From Macrostomum lignano (Eukaryota): a stretch of 64,000 nt of DNA. The stretch lies in NCBI GenBank assembly GCA_002269645.1, contig NIVC01001081.1:298436-362435 (forward strand), read 5' to 3'. Each line of letters begins with the position of its first letter. Positions within the stretch are counted from its first letter, which is position 1. Below the pieces are notes generated by a model, which saw nothing but the letters and a program-made list of their open reading frames with translations, had not been told where the DNA came from and searched no databases. A program made the translations under genes and the position numbers. Below, one piece after another: positions 57,601-64,000 of this stretch.

Positions 57601-58911
57601 GTGCTTCTGCTTGACTGTGTGGCCTGTGCAGTGCGTTCTCTTCTGTCCGATCTCAATGCCGGAGCAGCTGTTCTCTAATTTCCCTAATCTGTTTTTCTTC
57701 CAAAATCCCCATTTCCCTAATCTGTTTTTTCTTCCCAAATCCCCATTTCCCCAACCTGTTTTTCTTTTCAAATCCCCATTTCCCTAATCTGTTTATCTTC
57801 CCAAATCCCCATTTCCCTAATCTGTTTATATTCCCAAATCCCCATTTCCCTAACCTGTTTTTCTTTTCAAATCCCCATTTCCCTAATCTGTTTATCTTCT
57901 TAAATCCCCATTTCCCTAATCTGTTCAGTTTATCTTCTCAGATCCCCATTTCCCTAATCTGTTTATCTTCCCAAATCCCCATTTTCCTAAGCTGTTTATC
58001 TTTCCAAATCCCCATTTCCCTAATCTGTTTATATTCATAAATTCCCATTTCCCTAAACTGTTTATCTTCCCAAATCCCCATTTCCCAAATCTTTTTATCT
58101 TCCCGAATCCCCATTTTCCTAATCTGTTTATCTTCCCAAATCCCCATTTTCCTAATCTGTTTATCTTCCCGAATCCCCATTTCCCTAATCAGTTTATATT
58201 CCTAAATCCCCATTTCCCTAATCTGTTTATATTCCCAAAATTCCTATTTCCCTAATCTGTTTTTCTTCCCAAATCCCCATTTCCCTAATCTGTTTATCTT
58301 CTCAGATCCCCATTTCCCTAATCTGTTTATCTTCCCAAATCCCCATTTCCCTAATCTGTTTATCTTCCCAAATCCCCATTTCCCTAATCTGTTTATATTC
58401 ATAAATTCCCATTTCCCTAAACTGTTTATCTTCCCAAATCCCCATTTCCCTAATCTTTTTATCTTCCCGAATCCCCATTTTCCTAATCTGTTTATCTTCC
58501 CAAATCCCCATTTTCCTAATCTGTTTATCTTCCCGAATCCCCATTTCCCTAATCTGTTTATATTCCCAAATCCTCATTTCATTAAGCTTCTTGTCTTCTT
58601 AAAACTCGGTTTTAATGCTTGTAATTTTTTCCTCTAGGCGCGGTGATTCACCGCAAGCATCTGCTGCCGCAGGGTCACCTGTTCCGCTACCTGTCGTCGC
58701 CCCATTACAACCTGGAGATGCTTATCTACCTGAATTTGTTTTGCCTCGTCAGCGGCGGCGGCGGCGGGGTGGCGGGCTGCTGTTTCACCTGCTGCTGTTT
58801 GTCCTGGTGAACCAGTCGGCCAGCGCCCTGCTCTCGCACGCGTGGTACAGGCAACAGTTTGGCAGCAGCTTCCCTGCTGACAGACGGGCCCTTATACCGT
58901 TTGTGCTCTGA
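54677..58911 (+). CDS. SRD5A3: Polyprenol reductase / steroid 5-alpha-reductase 3-like; exons 54677-55004, 55280-55462 (GC donor), 57473-57586, 58638-58911 (frameshift in a GGC run near 58751-58775)
   Basis: LPKQHFWHFY, RRLLECRLVSVYS..HY, GQFKAAQTLAALRK, PQGHLFRYLSSPHYNLEMLIY and NQSASALLSHAWYRQQF..RRALIPFVL match SRD5A3/DFG10 motifs; exon phases are consistent. Confidence 0.88.
55492..57419. mobile_element. Non-autonomous TIR DNA transposon (MITE-like, 1.93 kb) in SRD5A3 intron 2
   Basis: About 34-bp terminal inverted repeats CCCGTGTGGCCATCCGATCAGGTTTTTCGCCCGG / CCGGGCGAAAAACCTGATCAGATGGCCACACGGG (1 mismatch); subterminal AAACCAGGCGAA motifs; no ORF; TSD not resolved. Confidence 0.85.
56408..57140. 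repeat. 61-bp x12 tandem array inside the MITE
   Basis: TTCGTCCGGTTGGGTCGTCGTGTCGCTTTCGTTAGGTTTTAGTCTGATTTTGCTCCGGATA units. Confidence 0.96.
57670..58580. repeat. About 33-bp minisatellite in SRD5A3 intron 3
   Basis: AAATCCCCATTTCCCTAATCTGTTTATCTTCCC units. Confidence 0.95.
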
Positions 58912-60783
58912 GCTTTGGGCTGCAATGTTGTACATTAACGCTGCTGTGCGAATAATATGCCACTGTTACATTTATATGCTCCTGCTGAAAATATAAATGC
59001 GTCCTTTGTTTACTCTTTCTACATGCCTACATGAATGCGTAACATTACGCATGTGATTGTTTCATTACTGATGGCTACGTTAGAAAAGAAAAGAAAACAT
59101 GTACCTAGGATATAAAATTAACATAGAATCATACTTTTATAGATGAAAAACTTTATGAAGATCAATAGAGCGATAGGGAAGGCAACACATCAAAAATAAG
59201 CATAGGGTCTGTCTCCTATCAAAAACCAAAAATTTTCTGTTTAAAAAAGAAAACCTATCTCCATAATGTATTTTTAGGTAAAAACTGCCTCCTAAAATTT
59301 TCAAGAAACGTAATTTCCTGTCATTCTACTAGAGTAGTCCTTGGATGCTACATGTAAATATAAATGCATGCATGTTACTCGTACTTTATGCACGTGAATA
59401 TCGTAAGTTTTGGCTGAACTGGACTATAGTAATTGAATCCCAGAAGAAAAAACTGGATTACTTTGATAATTAGAACTATAAAAATATTTATTTGCACATT
59501 AACAGTATGGGGCCTCTTCATAGTGCTTGTTCTGGTTCTAGAACCAGATCCAATTTGTGAAGTACAACTTTTTTCTCCTAAACTAGAAGGATATATACGT
59601 GCTGTAAAGTTGTAATTATTGAATGGGAATAGCCAAGAAAGTAAATAATTGTGCAAAGTGAGCCTGATAACGCAGTCAAACATTTAACAAATTAAAACAG
59701 TTATACGGTTTTTTTCTACAAAGATCCGATCCGAACTGACTCTGGTTCTTAAATTGATGTGAAAAGCGGTGGAAAAGCAGCTAATCCTTGAATGCTCAAA
59801 CAAAATGCTGACTTCTGGAATTACGAGTAATAAAATAGTTTTGTAATTGCAACACTAGCTACTCGCTAGAGAAGTATGGGACTCACCAGTCTAAAATAAC
59901 ATTACTCCTGCGGATAGGCCTAGAATTTGTTTCTTTTCACTTATGTTTCTTGGAATCTCAGCCTCCGTTTCGAATTCGGAAGTCTAAGTTGCGCGATGTA
60001 CATAAATCATGATGTATACTAACTACTGAATTTTTGATTTGCTTTGACTTGCTTTGATTTAGTAGCGATCTAGATAATTTAAATTACAAAGTTTAAGTTC
60101 CAGCAATGCAATGTCAATGAGCAATAGGCCTACAATTGAAAAGTTGCACAGTTACGTGCAATTTTAGAACTAGTAGTGTGCGCCACACAAAAATTACAAT
60201 AGACTTAAAAAATACTTCAGAAAAATCCAGATTTTTTATGCATAATTTGTCTGGCTCTCTGCAGTCGTGGAATCTGAAGTTTTATGAGAGGGGTGGCACA
60301 CGCAGCACAATAAAATTATATAACTTGCCTATTTTCTATGGAAGTACATTAGCAGGGGCGGCGGAGCCTAATATTTGAGGGGGGCACCAGGCACAGGGCA
60401 AGGGGGGCACAGGTACCTTTATAAGCTGCTAATTAGGACCTAAAATCTGAAAAAAACATAAAAAATTACCACGTGGACTCATTTTCTGGGGGGCACATGC
60501 CCCTGGTGCTGCAAGCTCCATTAGCTCCCACTGCGGCACTGCCATGTACCATGGTGCAGAAGGATTTCTGTGTACGACGGAAGGCAAATTTCAGTTTTAG
60601 CCTGCTGTACGACAGTACGACACAAGTGAACTAAGTAATTTTTTTTTGTACGACAAACTACAATGCAGAAACCCACATACTCCCGACCCAGACAAAGAGT
60701 AATAATAAGTTGTAAGTGGTAATAACAAGTTTACAAGTAATTGAAGTAATATTAATTATGAATGATTCAATTAAATGAATTTA

Positions 60784-63700
60784 TCAATTGGCATTATTGT
60801 CGCCGTCTTTGGGCTTCTGCTTCCGACGGCCGATGAATGGCACACGGGAAACAGCTGCTGCGCGCCTCTGCAGCACCTTGCCGATGGCGTCCTTAGTTTT
60901 GGCAGCAAAAAACGGACTCCAATGTGGACGAATCCCACGGCTTTTGTCGCCTTTAAAAAAAAGTTTCGCAGAGTCGTCGAGAAATTCTTCGCATGCATCG
61001 CCGCCCATGGGTGGTAGCAACCAAGCTAACTTAGCGCGAAGCTGAAGGGTGTCGTTGGTTTGGCCTCCCTGTTGCTGTTGCGACCGCATAGTCGAGTAGA
61101 AGCTCTCGACAATCGCTTCTGGAAGAAAAAGGCGGAAAAATATGTAGATGAAATTCTGATCAAATCTGACTGACTTGCCCAAGGTGACATTAGTTAATTT
61201 GTAGATAGCAACTGGAATTTGCAACTCACCAGTGCCACCTCGGTGTAGTGCAAAATCAAGTAGTGCACATGTTGCAGGGCCGGCTCGCTGGAAAACGTCT
61301 GGGTCGGCATAGAAAGACGCATAAACTGCTGCTTCGTCCACCACAACAGATGAAAATTCACCACCTGCTGTCGAACCCGATAGATGCAGCAATAACTGAC
61401 GTGCCAAAGTGGGTGCTGCTACTTTTAAGTGCTGGGAAGGCACCAGCCAGCTACTGCGGCCTTCACCCGTGAAAATGACGTGGCGTATAGTGTCCACAAA
61501 GTTCGCAGCATACCTAAGTTTAGTGGACAAAAAATAAAATTAAATACAATTCGATTTCGTTACATTTTTCTGTAGCAAAGTGGTCTTGAAATATGTGATT
61601 TCCAGCCTCACACTAGTTATAGTACCAGTGCATTTATAGTTTTGATTGTGAAGGAGCTCACCTTCGGGCCATGGGAACTTTCAGATGAGCCAGGTGCTTA
61701 TGCTTGACTGCCTCGGTCACAAGCCGCTTAAAGGCGGGAGCGCACTGGTCTGCAAACTCTTCTGCTGCAACTTCAGGGTCCCTGCATGCAATGGCACGGA
61801 TGATGGCAGCTGCATCGAAGGAGGCACAATCAGAGGTGCTCGGGTCGCAGCAGCGTTGAATGCGAGCAACGAAGCTGCGGTGAAGTGCCCCGGCAAGCTT
61901 CTGTGTATCACGTGCAATGTCCTGAGGAAGGAGGAAGAAGGATGGAGCTGAATAATGAAGCACAAAGGAGAATATGGTAACTTTGGCAGAGTACATAATA
62001 TAATGATTGCACAAGCTTACCTCCATGTCTCGAGCGCGCCACTGATCCTGGTCAGAGGCAGAGCCAGCAACCGGCTTTTTTACTTTGAGCCAGCCGTCCA
62101 GCAGAGTCACGCCATCAAATGTGCCACCAACGTGCAGATTGTCGATGTGCTCATGCAGCGGGGTAGTCCTCACTACGAAACTGCTCTGCATGGACATGGA
62201 GGAACTCAGCTACCAATGGCCATAAGGTAGACACTTTCCAGTGGGGCAGCTGAAGATTCTGCGCAATCTCCATAAGAGCTCTGTGCAAGTGTTATGTGTT
62301 TGGAGTAAGTAGGTAATCAAAAAGTTGATCCCATAGTAATTTTACTACCCACAAGGCATATAAATCAACTTACTTGATTGGCGCAAAGAGATCCAGGTAG
62401 CCCAACAAGTCGCACACAAAATCAAATCCGAACATTATGTACGGCTGTGGGTCGTTATCTCTGACTCGTGGTTTCTCGGCTCGAAATGCGGCATGCAGAT
62501 CGCCGTAGCAGCGAAAGATGGTCTGCCATTGGTTCATGGCTGAACTGGTAAAGCGCTGCGAGGCAAATGATGAAATTGCTCCGGCATGGTCCTCGGAAGC
62601 AATCTGTTTTTTTACAAACAAAGAATTTGGAGTAGTTTTATAGCAAACGTATATCTAAAAACCCTCGGTAAACTATTCAGTTAGACATTCAGGTTGCATA
62701 CTTACTTCCAAAGCCGAACGGCCACGCCCGTGGCCAAAAAGATGCGGAAACAGGTTTGCCTGTCAATAAAATCCTGCAACGCCTCTCCGTCGTCACTATC
62801 GCGCACGTTAGTCACGGCCAGGTTTATAAAGTGGGCCGGGTCCCAGTTAATTGGGATCTCATAGTCGGCTCCGGCCTCCTTCAGCTTCTCAAATATTGCC
62901 GTTTTAAAAGGCGCAGTTTGATATTGCCCGTCGGCAATGACGCCCACAAGACGATCAATGGGCAAATCAAAGTTCGCCAGACCTTGAAAAAGCCGCTGCA
63001 CCAGAACGGGGCCGCTGCCGTCCATCTCTTTGGAATAAACGGCCGGGGCGCCACCTGGGATAGCAACGGCGTCACAGTCTCGCACCTGTTAGGGTTATCC
63101 GTTTTAAGGAGGTAGTAAAAGTAATATTTAAGTGGCGGATACTCCTAATGTACATTACTTTTCCTTCTTCCTCCCTACTTACCTGGCCAACACCATAACA
63201 GCTTGGTTAGTGATGCGACCTGGTGTGCTTTTGTCGCAAGCAATGGCGTAGCAGGGAGGACATCCGGTGGACGGCAGTGGGGTCTGCAGGAACTCAGCCG
63301 TATACTTGTCAGCGGTGACCTCAAACAACGACCACAACTCCTTGTTAAACTCCCTAGTTGGATGCATAGTGGGTGGTAAATTAACAAATAGCGTACAAAT
63401 AACCATAGCTTAGCTAATGCATACAGATCAAACCACATAATATGGTACATACCGGCCGTGGCCCCGCTGGCCAACTTCAGCGTCCGACCGATAAAGCATG
63501 CTCACGAACGTCTCATAGTGCTTACTAGCTGACGCTGATTCGATATTGGCAACAGAGCAACGCAAAAGGCGCCGAACAGTTCCTGAGACGCGCTTCTCTT
63601 CAATCTTGCGGTCCGCATACTTCTTCATAGCTTTCACATGGCGAAGCCTCGATACCAGAGAGATGTTTCACTATCCTATAACGAAGCGGGAGAATGCCTC

Positions 63701-63981
63701 GCCACACGCAAGGATCTCAGTCATTTCCAGCTTTGTAATGAGCTGCCCTCGTGCAAGCGTGCCCATCGACTTGGGGTTTCTATAAGAAGTTAGAGAAATG
63801 AAAGTTTATAATAAATAAATGGAAAAAGGCCCAACTGGATTGTCTTATTGCTGTTAGATAAAAGTACATACAATGGACTTACAAAGTGCTGTGCCTCTCC
63901 GCAACAGTCAACTTTGGCGAGAAGGCCGTGCCTTCCATTAAAACGTTGTAGCACGGGACACAGTATAAATTGTGTCCTCAC
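60784..63981 (-). pseudogene. hAT-like DDE transposase, multi-exon with short introns and several frameshifts; may extend beyond the window
   Basis: Ordered fragments AIACDKST (first D), VIADGQY (second D), WDPAHFINLAV (CxxH-like), SFASQRF and AIVESFYSTM (ERxFS-like E); GTAAGT/GTGAG donors on the minus strand. Confidence 0.65.
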
Positions 63982-64000
63982 CGCAAGGTGCTGTGGCGAG

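Overview
Eukaryotic (animal) genomic DNA, not prokaryotic: GT-AG introns, intron-filling minisatellites and GC-rich exons. The style resembles the flatworm Macrostomum, which is inference only. In order, the window contains: (1) the 3' half of a Ty3/Gypsy LTR retrotransposon with an intact J-domain (DnaJ, HPD motif) extra ORF between pol and its PPT/3' LTR; (2) a field of mini- and microsatellites, a frameshifted two-TM ORF and a 5'-truncated RTE-like LINE with a 12-bp TSD; (3) a 20-kb minus-strand tandem Gypsy provirus (LTR-gag-pol-ORF3-LTR-gag-pol-ORF3-LTR) flanked by one CTAC TSD, with a tRNA-Leu-type PBS, a G_GGA_AAC frameshift site, an orphan third ORF, no sense-strand polypurine tract and a covarying terminal LTR hairpin; (4) an AT-rich, CpG-erased relic containing a sister LTR, then a CpG-intact non-autonomous relative and a dense hairpin cluster; (5) a complete 5-exon EHD/RME-1/Past1 gene; (6) a 4-exon SRD5A3-like polyprenol reductase gene with a GC-AG intron containing a MITE; (7) an intron-containing, disrupted hAT-like transposase. 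All alignments and counts were done by eye and no database search was run.
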